From Alloascoidea hylecoeti (taxonomy: Eukaryota): a stretch of 64,000 nucleotides of DNA. The notes beneath the pieces were generated by a model. It was not told the DNA's origin and made no database searches. It worked only from the letters and a program-made list of their open reading frames with translations. The stretch is from positions 124,001 to 188,000 of the forward strand of contig BCKZ01000008.1 of NCBI GenBank assembly GCA_001600815.1, read 5' to 3'. A program made the position numbers and the translations under genes. Below, in pieces: positions 22,883 to 35,073 of the stretch (position 1 is its first letter; the number at the start of each line of letters is the position of its first letter).

Positions 22883-24213
22883 TTATTTATATGGAGGTGT
22901 GTGTGTGTGCATCAATGTTACGAATATATTGGTCCTAGCAAATATAATGTATGTCACTAGTAAAAGTTGGTTTGATGTTTCATCTTAGAATATATTTATC
23001 TTATATCTAAGAAATTGATGAAATCATTCACATGTCTACTTGTTTATTCTTACGATATATATTATTAACAAGAATGTGTTCTTTTAATACCTAATTCCCT
23101 GTTTGCAGTCGTTTCTAGAATTTTTTTTAATAAGATATTCGCAACATTGTATGTTGCAAGCAAAATTTTCAATGAGTATTCTATTGTCAATAGTACTAAT
23201 ATTATGTAGTTTGAGGGTTTATTTGTTGTGTATCTAAGATTGTGATGCATTAAATATTAATAATGAAGGACTTGGTGATCTCTTTTTGATTCTCTTCAAA
23301 ATATTCCTGTTTGTGTCCTTTGATTGATATATACTACTATTTATATTATCTTCCAGCTATCGCAGAACTTAATTATGAGCTACAGCTTGTTATCGCTGAT
23401 GCTAAATTTTTTTTTTAATTTTATAACTCGGTGTGTTACTTTTGTAGATAGAACTTAATTACAATTCAATTGTAATGTTGTGCTAAATTGCTATCAGTAA
23501 GCTTGCTTAGCTTGCTTAGCTTAGTAACAGCTATATGAAAACTGTGTGTAGACGCGAGAAGATGTCAGTTATGCAGGTGATAATCAGAGTTTCAGATCTA
23601 CCCAAATTGGCTTTTAGGGATACCTGCATTTAACTACTTGGAATCTACATATCGTACATCGGCTATAACGCTTTTTATAAATTAATGAGGTAGTAAAACA
23701 AAATATATGATTTGGTTAATCACAATATATGTGTACAGTGTACGTGCATTGTGAAGTACTGTCGTCTACCGTAAGCAATAAACTTTGTATATTTTCTTTC
23801 ACCAAAAAAGCAACCTCTTTTTACATGAGTTCTAGAATTCCACTAAAAGAAACAATGTGTATATAGTAATAAATAAAAAAAAATGAATTAGAAAAAGTAG
23901 TAAATGTAATTAGAATTGTCCTTTCCAACCGTTTTATAAATACAATATAACACAAATGCAAATTTGATGTATGCAGCAGTCGTGTAGCATGAACAAGCGA
24001 ATAACAAAAGCAATTACAAAGACGGAGAAAAAAACTAAGGATAAAGAAATCATTAGAAAATGAACAAAAAATTAAGTAGACATGTGTGTATGATATGTGT
24101 GTCATAGTGTTTGGTTTCAATTGGAATTGATTTTGAATTTGTACTTTGTATTTCTTTATACTCAAGATATATTTAAAGCACTCCACCTGTTTATTTTGTT
24201 AATTGAGATTTAC

Positions 24214-25881
24214 TCATGATAGTTCGAAGTGATCATTATAAGTATTGAAGTTTCGTTCAAAATCATCCTGGTAACTATCAAATGGATTATCGTTAATTCT
24301 AACAAATTCATTTACGATACTAACTGCAGGGTCCATCAATATTTTTGACTTTCTAGAGAGACCATAAATTCTTTCATTAAACAGATCTGACTCCCTGATC
24401 CTTAATTCAAAGAATTTTCCACTTTTATTATCATTACAGATTGGAGTAGTAGTATCTGCCAGGAGATTTAAATTCGTATCGGGTGTCGAGATTAATGAAT
24501 AATCCGGATCGGAGTTGAAAAGAGTAGAAGCTAAATCAGAAGGAGAAAAGTGATTCAAAGAGTTTGGTGAATAATTTAGAGATGAACTAGAATCAGGAGA
24601 TGTTGGTTGCAATTGTGGTGTATAGTAAATAGAAGAATCATTCTGAGAAATTTCAATATTAGATACTCCTGGTACACTACCATTCGTAATGCTATGATCA
24701 TCCGAAGTCATATTAAGCACTGGATCAGTGTTACTTAATGTAGATATTTTTGTGTCTCTTGGGTCCATAAAAATAGCATTTGGTAAAGTTAAAGATGAAG
24801 GTATTAATGACGTGAGAGTGGAAATCGAGTCAATTTTAATGTTATTTATTGGTTGGTTTCTAACATCAACGAAAGAGTCAGAGTTTTGTATGCCATTAGA
24901 AAATGAAGGTAGGTATACCATTTCATCATTAGAACCAGCAGGGTTATAAACTGATGAACGAGAAGGAAATTCACCATAGTTTGCTTTCATTTTCTTCTCA
25001 TTTTGCTCTTTTAATGCTGCTTCCTGTGCGGATAGTCTTCTTGAATATGCTGATGAAGCAGCTCCAGTTTTTAAAGCATCAACAAAATCTTTCCTTTTTC
25101 TTACTACATCCAAGCATAAATCACCATAAGCTTTTGGTGTCATTTTTGTTTTTGACTTGAATACCCGATGAAAATGCCATGGTGATAATTTGGCTTTAGA
25201 AGCCAATTCTTTAAATCCAAGAACCCCAACTCTTCGTTTTTTCTTTTTAATCTCAGACATTCCTGATTCCATTAAAAAAATGTTACCTCCTGCATCTTTC
25301 TTAGTTTTTATAGTTCCTTCAATTTCAATTTCAGTCTCTCTTTTTTTTGCTTTGTTATCCGTTTCCTGCTTCAAAATATAATCAAGTTCCAAAGAAGCTA
25401 GTAAAGCATTAATTGCTGCTGCTGCTATATGACGACATGCAAAATCAACTAATTGGCTATGGTCAGGTTCATTTCGTAAAAGCTTTCTACTACCTGCAGC
25501 TGATAGTTTAGGTATATTTACCATTTCCTGAGGCTTTTCTGCAGACACAAATTCAAAATCTGAGCTTGAAGGCTCTACCGATGATGGAACAAATCCTATT
25601 TCCTTATTAACCTGGATAATAGTTTTAGCTATTATGTGAATATCAACTGTTGGAGTAAGTTGGGGATAACAATTCATACAAGGGGTGTAACCAGCCCTTT
25701 CTGCTAACTCTGGTGTATTCATGAATATAACAGAAGCTCTTTTTGGACATGGAGGCTGAGCCTCGCAATCAGGTCTACAATATTGAGAGAGTTGTTTCCG
25801 ACAGACAACAAAGCAACCAGCTGCTAGAGGATCGACGAATTGGAAAGCGTTCCAACGACTGCTTTCTGTAGTGTATGGCAT
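24214..25881 (-). CDS. Ada-type Zn-binding domain plus AraC-like HTH protein (methylphosphotriester methyltransferase / adaptive-response regulator-like)
   Basis: YCRPDC...AGYTPCMNCYP retains four Cys as in the E. coli Ada N-domain; ELASKAKLSPWHFHRVFKSKTKMTPKAY is an AraC-type HTH; Ser/Pro-rich C-terminus. Confidence 0.88.
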   Translation of the reverse strand: MPYTTESSRWNAFQFVDPLAAGCFVVCRKQLSQYCRPDCEAQPPCPKRASVIFMNTPELAERAGYTPCMNCYPQLTPTVDIHIIAKTIIQVNKEIGFVPSSVEPSSSDFEFVSAEKPQEMVNIPKLSAAGSRKLLRNEPDHSQLVDFACRHIAAAAINALLASLELDYILKQETDNKAKKRETEIEIEGTIKTKKDAGGNIFLMESGMSEIKKKKRRVGVLGFKELASKAKLSPWHFHRVFKSKTKMTPKAYGDLCLDVVRKRKDFVDALKTGAASSAYSRRLSAQEAALKEQNEKKMKANYGEFPSRSSVYNPAGSNDEMVYLPSFSNGIQNSDSFVDVRNQPINNIKIDSISTLTSLIPSSLTLPNAIFMDPRDTKISTLSNTDPVLNMTSDDHSITNGSVPGVSNIEISQNDSSIYYTPQLQPTSPDSSSSLNYSPNSLNHFSPSDLASTLFNSDPDYSLISTPDTNLNLLADTTTPICNDNKSGKFFELRIRESDLFNERIYGLSRKSKILMDPAVSIVNEFVRINDNPFDSYQDDFERNFNTYNDHFELS

Positions 25882-27246
25882 ATTCAGTATTGACTTTGTA
25901 TGATTGTGTGAGAATAAGAGTTATTAAGCCTAATTAACAATTAGCAATAATAATAATTAGTTTCTATTTTTGTTCTTAAAATGAGAATTGAAGCAAAGTA
26001 AATTCAATTCAAAAATCAGCGGAAGATATTTTATATATGAACCAACCTGTTTAGAAATTCTGGATTTTTATTACAGTTTTAAACTATTGTTTTGTCATGA
26101 AAAATATAATCTGCAAAATAAAGGTTCAGCAAAACCTTAATTGAAGGGGACTAACTATAAATTTATCTAGCTTCATAACGTTTTGTATAGAATGGGAGAA
26201 ATTATAATATTTATTGTAGATTTAGTTTGTTTAAGCTTAACTTAATTTGAGCTAACAAATTCTTAGAAAGATCAAATGATATAATTAATTTATGGAAACA
26301 CCTGGAGGTTTGATATCCGTCAAACACACATCCATGTTAATTGTAAATATATTAATGTTGAAATTCCATTTTCTGTGAATCACTAGTAGATTCATATTAA
26401 TCAAATCATAATGCAATATATATCTATGACCAAAGCAACTAACAATATGGTCCTATATTTTGTAATCTCTATTACTACAAGAGATGAAAAGAAGAGTCTG
26501 GATCTTGACTTTATCTGATTATAAGGTTAAGCTACTGCTGCCGGAATCTTCACACTTTGTAATTTAATTCCTAAAAAGAAACTTTAAAGTATTCTTATAG
26601 CTATTAATATAGTATGGCATATGTCATACATACAAAATTCATAATACGGATTTCTTGGAGCTAATATTGCTCAATACAGAGTATTCTGTATCCTAGATCC
26701 ACATTATATTAGCGACTAGGTGCTCTCCTTCCCAATATTATCTATAGGTCTGAGTGGTCTAATCTGAAATTCAATTGGTTTGTTAAAGAATATATTGCAA
26801 TTGTGAAGGGTGCTATGCGAGGAGGAGACGCGTATAATCTTATACCAAATTTAATTACAAAATCAATTATAAGCTCTTCAAGGTACTTTCCATCGGATAA
26901 CTACATAGTTGGATGGCCTTTCTCAATTGAGATTTAAGAAGAATAGAACATAAACATGCCCTTATATCCTAATTCTAACTTTCTGATAGCTGTCTGAAAT
27001 CTAATCTGTGGGTTTCACTGAGTTCCACTGATAAGTATAGTATGTATACATGGTAGTTTATTTGATGACCATAGATATAGATGGTATCCGGAACATATCC
27101 GAATCCTTTACCTATGACAATGCCTTTGGAAAAGAATTCTCGGAACCCAGATATGTTTATACAGTAAAATACACCTAAGCACTCGCCTACTGTTTTCTAC
27201 TGAAACTTATACATATGAATTTAAATGTCAAATAGTTGCACACTGC

Positions 27247-27355
27247 ACAGTCTTTTACAAAAAAAAAACTCCCAGATTCTCCAGTGTCTCACCTAGGATT
27301 AATACTTTCTAAATAGGTAATAAATAAATTTGATAAATTTAAAAAAATGGTTTTA
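27247..27355 (+). repeat. ~105-bp dispersed repeat, copy A
   Basis: Collinear similarity to 61722-61824 (shared gtgtctcacc, atagg.aat, ataaattt blocks). Confidence 0.6.
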
Positions 27356-29074
27356 GTCTTTGTGTTTCTGACGTGTGCTCGGTTAGTACATATTACGTAA
27401 CTGACCCTTTAAATTTATATAAAATAAAATAAAAGGTTAAATCTAAATCAATATTTGTTTACTTTGCAAGTGGTCATCAATTGCAATTGAGAATATAATT
27501 TAGATAAATATTCATGAATTGAAATTTCACTATAGTTCTAGTGCCGAATCTGCCAATACAAAATAGTTATTAGTAGCGACCGGATTTATCATTATAGCTA
27601 TATAATTAGTTATAAGATAAATATTCTGATTATATTGATTATATAATTAGTGAATATACTATAATAATGGCATATACAATAACTAGTAACTTTATAAGTC
27701 ATAGATGAGTAGCTGTCAAATAAATTTATAGGACGTATACCAATATACGTTTTTATGACATAAATGATAGCGCTATAACTACGCATTGTTTCTCCTTTTG
27801 TATTCAGAATAAAGTTTCACTGAGTATAATAAGTTTTACATGCACATTGGCTTTTTAGTCAGGTGAATCTCAGAAGATGTCAACTAGGTGATCGCGACGG
27901 CGAGCCCTAATTATAGAATCCTGATGGAGTTTCTTAAATTTTCATAGGAAAGAGAATATAAAAATCACTGTTGTAAGTTTAAAAAATAGCCAAGTTAAAA
28001 TAAAGTATGCTTCAGCAAAACACAAGTTTTTGAAAACTTCCCAAAAAGTGATAAAATTTCAGATTAATTTATATTTGATTTCCTCTTTTCTCATGGGTTT
28101 CAATATTAAATCTCTCATTCTAATAACTGTATATATTTCCATTGATTAGAAGTTTTATTGTCCCAAAATGGACTTAAATTTTTTTTTTGAGGTTCAATAG
28201 CTATCCGGTCCTTATCATTAAGCAGTAACAAGTTAATTAATAGCCAGCTCTAATTAAACTCATATATTTAAATTTTCAATTTATATTTTTGGGGTAACCG
28301 CGGAATAAACAGTTATTTCCATAATGTATTTATTTAATTTTTTTAAGAGCATGAGATAACCTATATAAAAAAATCTATAAAAAAGCTTCGAATTAAAAAG
28401 ATCTCATGGAAGGAAAAATCTTCCCATCAATTTCAAATATATCTACCAGTATAAGCCTATGCATTCGCTTTTACATGTAGAGACTTCATTTTGTATTTTT
28501 ACAAGTGTTTTACCGAAAAAAATATGTAGATTATAATAACATGTTTAAGACTGAACGGTCTATGAAACTGCATACCTCCGTGTGTGAATATTTCAAGCCT
28601 AGGGATATATACAGACTTAAATTTGTGGAAGCTACCACGATGGTTCAATCCTACTTTTTGGATGTTTGATTGAAATATACTGGTTTCAATGTTCTCGGAT
28701 CCCATATAGTTTCCTGTTAAAATGTTAATATGCATGGAATTCCGGGGTTATAATTATAAATTGTAGCCAATGCCAACTTGCCAAGTGAGGCTTGTATATT
28801 GGCTTGTACTGTAATTGATGTTCTCGTAATAAAGACAATCCATTTGACAATACATCATCTCGAATCCATAATATTTTCAAAGGAACATAGCAAACCAATA
28901 AGCACTAAGCGAATGGACCAAATTTATAACATAAGTGTAATGGTCTAAGTATTAATTATAGTTCAAATATTTCCAAATTAATACCATTGATAATCCATTT
29001 ATCTAGTGTCTATATAGGACCAATATTCAGCCTGTGAATTGTCCCAGGTGTTCCTTCTCATTTTCCACCAATTG

Positions 29075-29820
29075 AATTATTATAAGGAAGTTAAACTTTT
29101 TATATCATATCTTACTCCTTTATTACTGATTTTATAAATATGTCCATTATTATTAAAATAATTTTGTAATTCTACTAATAAAGATTCATTATAAATATCT
29201 TGAACAAAAGAAAGTATACGTAACTCTTATTTGTAATTTTTGATTTTGATCTTTAGTTAAATAACATATATTTCCATCTCCATCAAATAATTAAAATTTA
29301 ATGTTAATTTATTGCGTTTAGTATCATTTAACAATTCTGTTGATTTTTCAATTGAAACACTACTGGGTATTTTATTTTCTTTAACATATATATATGCACT
29401 AGCTGACAAATATCTTATTTTTTCCTCCTAATTTCCCCAATGGATCCAATTCACTAGCTGTTACTATTAAAGCTAATAATTTTTTTATTATGCTCTTTTG
29501 TTAACATTGTTTCTACTATGTATTTAAATTTTANAAAACTATTGAATTTATCACTTCTTAATTGATGTTTCATAAAAAATGGTATTATTACTTTAGATAA
29601 ATCTTCTAATTTTCTTACTTGATATCTTATACAGTTATCTGATTTACTATGATATCAATTACCTATATCTCCAAATTCTTCTTTAATGGCTAATATTAAT
29701 TCTTTATTATCTGCAAGTTGAACTAATGTAAACACTGGTTCTAAATGTAAACATCCTTTTCTTAAGGAGACTTCACTCCTTGTAAAAAACCTGCTATATA
29801 TATATATTCATTATTTAAAT
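29075..29820 (-). pseudogene. NUMT: double-motif LAGLIDADG homing endonuclease of mitochondrial origin, decayed
   Basis: YIAGFLQG (motif 1), LEPVFTLVQ..DNKELILAIKEEFG..CIRYQVRKLEDLSKVIIPFFMKHQL, LFDGDGN (motif 2), VQDIYNESLLVELQNYFN; in-frame TGA at 29655-29657 is compatible with mitochondrial Trp; extreme AT bias; frameshifts. Confidence 0.85.
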
Positions 29821-30099
29821 TTTCTTTCGATCGTATTTTTTGTTGCTTTCCTCACCGAGGTCTATTTTAGTGCCTCAATTATGCATATCAATTGAGTATA
29901 TGTGGATTCATTGTGGACTGTCTTTTCCTAATATGACGCTTTGCATATCCATATTAAGACTTACTGTATTACGGTAATGCATTAGGAAAATTGGAAAATA
30001 GAGCGAAATTGATTCTATTTGAAATTTATTATTTGCATACAATTTCAGAATTGTTATTGATTGTTGTTAATGGTTGGTTGAGTTGGTTTCAAGAAGGGT

Positions 30100-30590
30100 G
30101 CTGAGAATAGTTTATTTAAATTTTTAAATTAATTTTCGTCTTTCCATATTCGCCAATTTGCCATATACACATACCCATTGATGGTGGGGGATTCATTTGT
30201 GTTTCTCATGAAATCACAAATCATTTTATTTAGTTGATAATTTTTTCCCATGAAATGTTCAAATATTATTGTCTTTATTCTACATTGATTGAATACGTGC
30301 TCCTCGGTTTCTACATTTGGTTCCAGACATAATATGCATTGGTTTATTCTTCCATTTCGCTTGAAGCTTGGTTATTTTCATCTTCAATAGTGGATATTTG
30401 AGTCCTGTGATGGGTATAATTTCTTAAACTTAGTCTGTGTAGGAAACCAACACCATTTGGTTTTTTATTATTGATTTTTTGAAGGATTCTCCACCAGTTT
30501 TTCCACCCTAATTCAGTTCTATGTTTAATAATGTTATCAGGCCATTTTGGGATAATTGGTTTATTGTTATTTGAGTAATATGTTTAATAG
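30100..30590 (-). mobile_element. 5'-truncated L1/Zorro-like non-LTR retrotransposon ORF2 3' fragment
   Basis: CILCLEPNVETEEHVFNQC zinc knuckle (30282-30338), preceded by WKNWWRIL..FLHRL and followed by WRIW; begins just after a ~14-nt A-run on the minus strand. Confidence 0.8.
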
Positions 30591-30937
30591 GCTTTTTTTT
30601 TTTTTACTTTATCATTTTATTATAATTTATAAAAATCTATAAAAAGGTTAAAACGTAAGTATAGAATTATTTAAAAATGTTGTACCGTCAATGTCTGTTT
30701 TGTATTTATTTATATCTAAGAATCAGTTTCCGTCGTTCAATATTTGCTAAATGAACAATAGCATCTAAGTCTATTTTGAGATCTTTTTTTTTACTTAATT
30801 ATATTTTATTATAAACTATTTAAATTTATAAATATATATTGTAAATGTATGTAGTAATTATTTATTTTTATTTCTTCATCTTATCTGATAAAGACCAATA
30901 TATGTATAAATATGAATATATCATTATTATTTGTATT

Positions 30938-31400
30938 TTAAACATAAACGCAGTTTTCTCTTTTCATCATTCTCCTAATGGTTTGCTGATTATTGGAATC
31001 GTCATTTTCCATATTTTGATCGCTAAATCTTCTATGGATTCTTATATTCCATATTATCTCAGAAATCAAACTAAATATCGTCATTTGTAAGTCCTGTTCA
31101 TCTTTGGTCTGTACATTTTGTATAATATCTAGGGGAACTCTTTCAGAACATATTTTGTATGATGTATTCACATCTAGGATAGGTATCAATGTATTTGCTG
31201 ACTTTGATTGTTTAGAATTTATGGAATCAAGGTAACATTTTAGATATTGTTCCCATCTATTATTTTCATTGAGTGTTCCTTTTTCCTTGAACGATATTTC
31301 TTTTTCCGCCTTTTGCCTGTTATTTCCTTCAATAGCATAACCGCTTAAAAAGTGATACCAATTGTAATCAAGATCTTTTAAAAGTTTGAATACTTTTGCT
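30938..31400 (-). mobile_element. Possible second LINE ORF2 C-terminal fragment
   Basis: Open frame ending ISEIIWNIRIHRRFS (cf. L1-clade IWxxRNxxxF); preceded by an A-run; no CCHC knuckle visible. Confidence 0.45.
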
Positions 31401-31464
31401 CTTTTTTTTTGACATTGAACATTTTTGAGTCCGCTTTTTCTGATAATGTATAGCAAAAAAAGAC

Positions 31465-31536
31465 GGGCCGAGCTGGGAATTGAACCCAGGGCCACTCGCA
31501 CCCAAAGCGAGTATCATACCACTAGACCACACGGCC
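31465..31536 (-). tRNA. tRNA-Pro(UGG), intronless
   Basis: GGCCGTGTGGTCTAGTGGTATGATACTCGCTT[TGG]GTGCGAGTGGCCCTGGGTTCAATTCCCAGCTCGGCCC; cloverleaf, A/B boxes, T7 terminator. Confidence 0.97.
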
Positions 31537-32093
31537 GTTTTTATCAGGTGAGTTTCCAAAATATTTTATCTGGCTCTGCTCCCTGCTATTTTCTGTCCAC
31601 CGATATTTATGTGCATTTCAATCGTTATCACTATGTAGCTGCGGTATTAGATTTTTATGGACTTAATGACAGCTAATTTTCATGAAGTTGTAATATCTAG
31701 AGTAATGTATAATACAAGGTCTAGCTAGAATTTATAATATAATATTCGAATTCGATACAAAGAAAAAAATCGAAGAATGCCTTACTCTGCCCGACCCGAT
31801 GTCTACGGGTGTATTTTTTGGTTGGTCACATGAGATCTATCCGGACGTGATACGGTGTGATTCCGGGATCGAATACGTAACCTCATTTGCTACGAAAGGC
31901 GGATTTTGTTTATAATTAATATTATATATCAAATGTTCAGTCTGATAATTATTGTTGTCATCGATGAGATCAAATATTAAATAAATAGAAAAGCTGGCAC
32001 CATTCATTCCAATGCCTCTCATTCTTATTCTTCAATATATAATAACTTCAACTTATTCACAAATTCCAGGGTATACATTCTCATTCTGCCGCT

Positions 32094-33812
32094 ATGGATC
32101 ACAAGCTTGAGGACGAGAAAAACATACTTCTCATCCGTCTTCCCGACCTGCCTTACGAGATCTTGGCCAGAATTATAGGCGAGCTCCGGCTACCAGATTT
32201 CTACGGTCTTGCCCGATCCTGTCGGGACTTGTATGCGCTGTTTTGCTACGAGGAATATGATAGTTTATTCAAATGGGTTGTTTGGAATGACAATCCACTG
32301 GTGTCGGGGTATTTGAACAACAGGCCGTGGGAAGAGAAAGAAAAACAACAGACCAAGAAAAGGGAATCATGGAAAAGTATAGTGCGTCGATACTGCCGAA
32401 TTAAAAGAAATCTGGACAACACGGAACCACTCAACATCACTGAGAAAATGGATTTGTATACTTGTTGTGATACTCCTACATGGCGCTTTGATGATTTGCC
32501 AAGTGAGCCTTCGAACATCATTGGCTCCATTACAGAATTTCAATACCCGTCATTTCAAGACAAAATCTTCAATTCTTCTAGAGTCCATTGGGTTGGTACT
32601 AATATGGCCGATGCTTCCCATTTATTATACTGGTTTTTGATTGACTTCAAGAAAGGAAATTTGGTTTGTTGGGATTTAAATCACACTGGCATGCTAACTC
32701 AAAGAGAAGAAGCCAAAAGACTCAAATACTTTCCCTTTGTTGATCCTAATGGCAATGAGTCTGAAGGTGAACTTGATGCTACTTTTACTTGGTTCTTACA
32801 TCATAAACCTGGCACAAAACTGGTCTATAAAATTTCGTCGACATTCTGTAATACCATGTCTTGGAAAATCAGTCCACCAATCTCAAGCTATGTCTACCAA
32901 TTAATCTCCAAGGTAGTTGACGATACGATATACATTTCTGTCGTCCGTGGGTCCGTTTTGCCCGTCTTCATCAAAGCATATAAAAGGAAAAATGATGATT
33001 ATGAGGGTGATACATTACTATGGACTACATCACTTAATAATCGCGATTTAGACTATAAACGTATCGAATGTTTCATTCCCCATGAACATTATTTGTTCAT
33101 ACTACTTTATGGTGAATCTTCTGGATCAAGAAAATCACTAATTGTTGTATTATTGAGGACAACTGGGAAATTTCTAGGAGCTTATGACACAACTACAATT
33201 AATAATAATTTATATTTTATTTATACAACTCCAACTCATATATTTTGTCCATCATATGAATATATAAATGATCCTGTGTTATTCAAACCTTTAATGGAAT
33301 TTATTGGGGAATTGGATACCAAAAGTTATAGTAATTGGTTTACAAATGATATTAATGATCGGAATATAGAAGAACAGGTAAAAACTTGTAGAGGACAGAC
33401 AATTTATGAAGAAGCAGTACAATTAGCAAAATATCGAGATCCCCCTTTTATGAATGATTGGAGAGTTTTATTGGATGCTGTTGATATACGTCTAACATCA
33501 ATCATGTATAATCAATTCTATATTGGTGAATTTGAATTCAATAATTGTACTGGTGATTCATTGTATCATTGTTTATTTCTATATGATATGGAAACAGGTG
33601 AAAAGAAATATTTCAAACATCAATACTTTGAAGATGATTTTGAAACTATTGGATTATATATTAGTGATGAAATGAAGGTCGTTGGATTAACTAACGAATT
33701 TTTCATGAAAATGTTAAAACATATGGGAAAAAGTGGCGGAGCAATAAATGAGTTTAACTTTTTCGATAAAAGGAATAACTTACAATTGCAATCGATTGGG
33801 GATAAAAAATGA
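32094..33812 (+). CDS. F-box protein with uncharacterised C-terminal region
   Basis: LPDLPYEILARIIGELRLPDFYGLARSCRDL is an F-box motif; 572-aa ORF. Confidence 0.85.
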   Translation: MDHKLEDEKNILLIRLPDLPYEILARIIGELRLPDFYGLARSCRDLYALFCYEEYDSLFKWVVWNDNPLVSGYLNNRPWEEKEKQQTKKRESWKSIVRRYCRIKRNLDNTEPLNITEKMDLYTCCDTPTWRFDDLPSEPSNIIGSITEFQYPSFQDKIFNSSRVHWVGTNMADASHLLYWFLIDFKKGNLVCWDLNHTGMLTQREEAKRLKYFPFVDPNGNESEGELDATFTWFLHHKPGTKLVYKISSTFCNTMSWKISPPISSYVYQLISKVVDDTIYISVVRGSVLPVFIKAYKRKNDDYEGDTLLWTTSLNNRDLDYKRIECFIPHEHYLFILLYGESSGSRKSLIVVLLRTTGKFLGAYDTTTINNNLYFIYTTPTHIFCPSYEYINDPVLFKPLMEFIGELDTKSYSNWFTNDINDRNIEEQVKTCRGQTIYEEAVQLAKYRDPPFMNDWRVLLDAVDIRLTSIMYNQFYIGEFEFNNCTGDSLYHCLFLYDMETGEKKYFKHQYFEDDFETIGLYISDEMKVVGLTNEFFMKMLKHMGKSGGAINEFNFFDKRNNLQLQSIGDKK

Positions 33813-33995
33813 TAACAAAAAACACTGGAAATTAATTCATATCAATAATAATTTTTTTGTTCAAAAGTTATGCTTTTTGGCGTTATGATCTCTATTTATT
33901 TATAGTCATATTCTTCTCTGTTTATCTTTTTTATACCGGTTTAAATTTTCAATTGAAAAGCATTTTATAATATAGGATAAAAAATTTTAAATTCC

Positions 33996-34788
33996 TCATT
34001 TTGGTTTTGGCTCTCTTATCATACAGTAATGCGGAATAGGAACACCATCTGGATTCAGAGACACAGTTTCTTTAACTACAAACTCCAGTTTATTGTAAAA
34101 TGGAATATTAGTAACATTTGAGGAATCGAGATAGCACGGCGCCTGTTCTTTATCAGCCTAATCAATCAAGTTGAATATGTTAGTTGGAATATATATCGAC
34201 TATAATTTGAGATAACTTACCAAATCCGTAATATACTCCATTAGCTTTTTGCCATAACCCTTTCCTTGTGCAGATGGTAAAGTTCCAATATATTCACAAC
34301 ACCAGGCAGAATGTTCACGCTCTTTCAAAACCTTCACCCTGCAAAAGATTATTAATACCAATCACACGTTGTCGAAGTGACTATTCAACTTACTTGGCAT
34401 CATTTAAAAGATCAAAATATTCCCCGAAGAAACGGCTTTTACCTTGTGCCCCTAATTTGTAGTGCATTCTCCATAAACCACTCCTTAAATAAATTAACCA
34501 TTCATCCATATCTCTACCAGGTGGCATCCAGCAAGCAACGCTCTCAAAATTTCCAATTGTTAGAACCAAGCCGCCTAAAATATGGGCATACAGTGCATAT
34601 TCAAACTGTTCCCATAGTAATTGCCTGGCTTGTGAAGGTGTCCTGCCGTCGACTTGTGATAAGTAAGTGGAAGCTGGGTCATCACCAAAAGCCGCAACTA
34701 ATGTCGCCGTGGCCAATTTATATTCATGAGGTTCAACTATTCGAACATTTTGTTCGGTGTCAATATTGAAATTGCCATTTGTCGACAT
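33996..34788 (-). CDS. GNAT-family N-acetyltransferase, 3 exons (34788-34394, 34338-34221, 34157-33996), 224 aa
   Basis: Introns 34339-34393 and 34158-34220 (GTAAGT...YAG) join in frame to give IGTLPSAQGKGYGKKLM (motif A) and CYLDSSNVTNIPFYNKLEF (motif B). Confidence 0.9.
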
Positions 34789-34887
34789 CTGATATTAAAA
34801 TATCAAGATTTTAATTTCACAACAGCCGAAAACTTTGCATCAATATGGGCTTTAAGTTTAGCGTATCCATACCATGAAATACGGGGT

Positions 34888-34895
34888 TCACGTGA
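34888..34895. promoter_or_regulatory. TCACGTGA E-box upstream of the GNAT gene
   Basis: Palindromic site 100 bp upstream of the ATG at 34788. Confidence 0.5.
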
Positions 34896-35073
34896 TGCTA
34901 TCTATGTCTAAAGATTTATAGTTTAAGCTTAAAATCTCGATTGGATTATTTAGCAATACAATCTAGCTCTCCAAATGATCTATGTCAATGATGCAGGGAA
35001 ATACTAGCAATAGTCGTACCGCGGGTATATGGTTCTTCTCTAGATCTTGAGTTTGTAGGAGATATCAATTGCA

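Noticed and set aside
28499..29060. Coding-like minus-strand sequence next to the NUMT
   Set aside because: Multiple stops and no identifiable family
31368..31676. ORFs overlapping tRNA-Pro, including the 5' part of 30938..31501
   Set aside because: They read through the tRNA gene by chance
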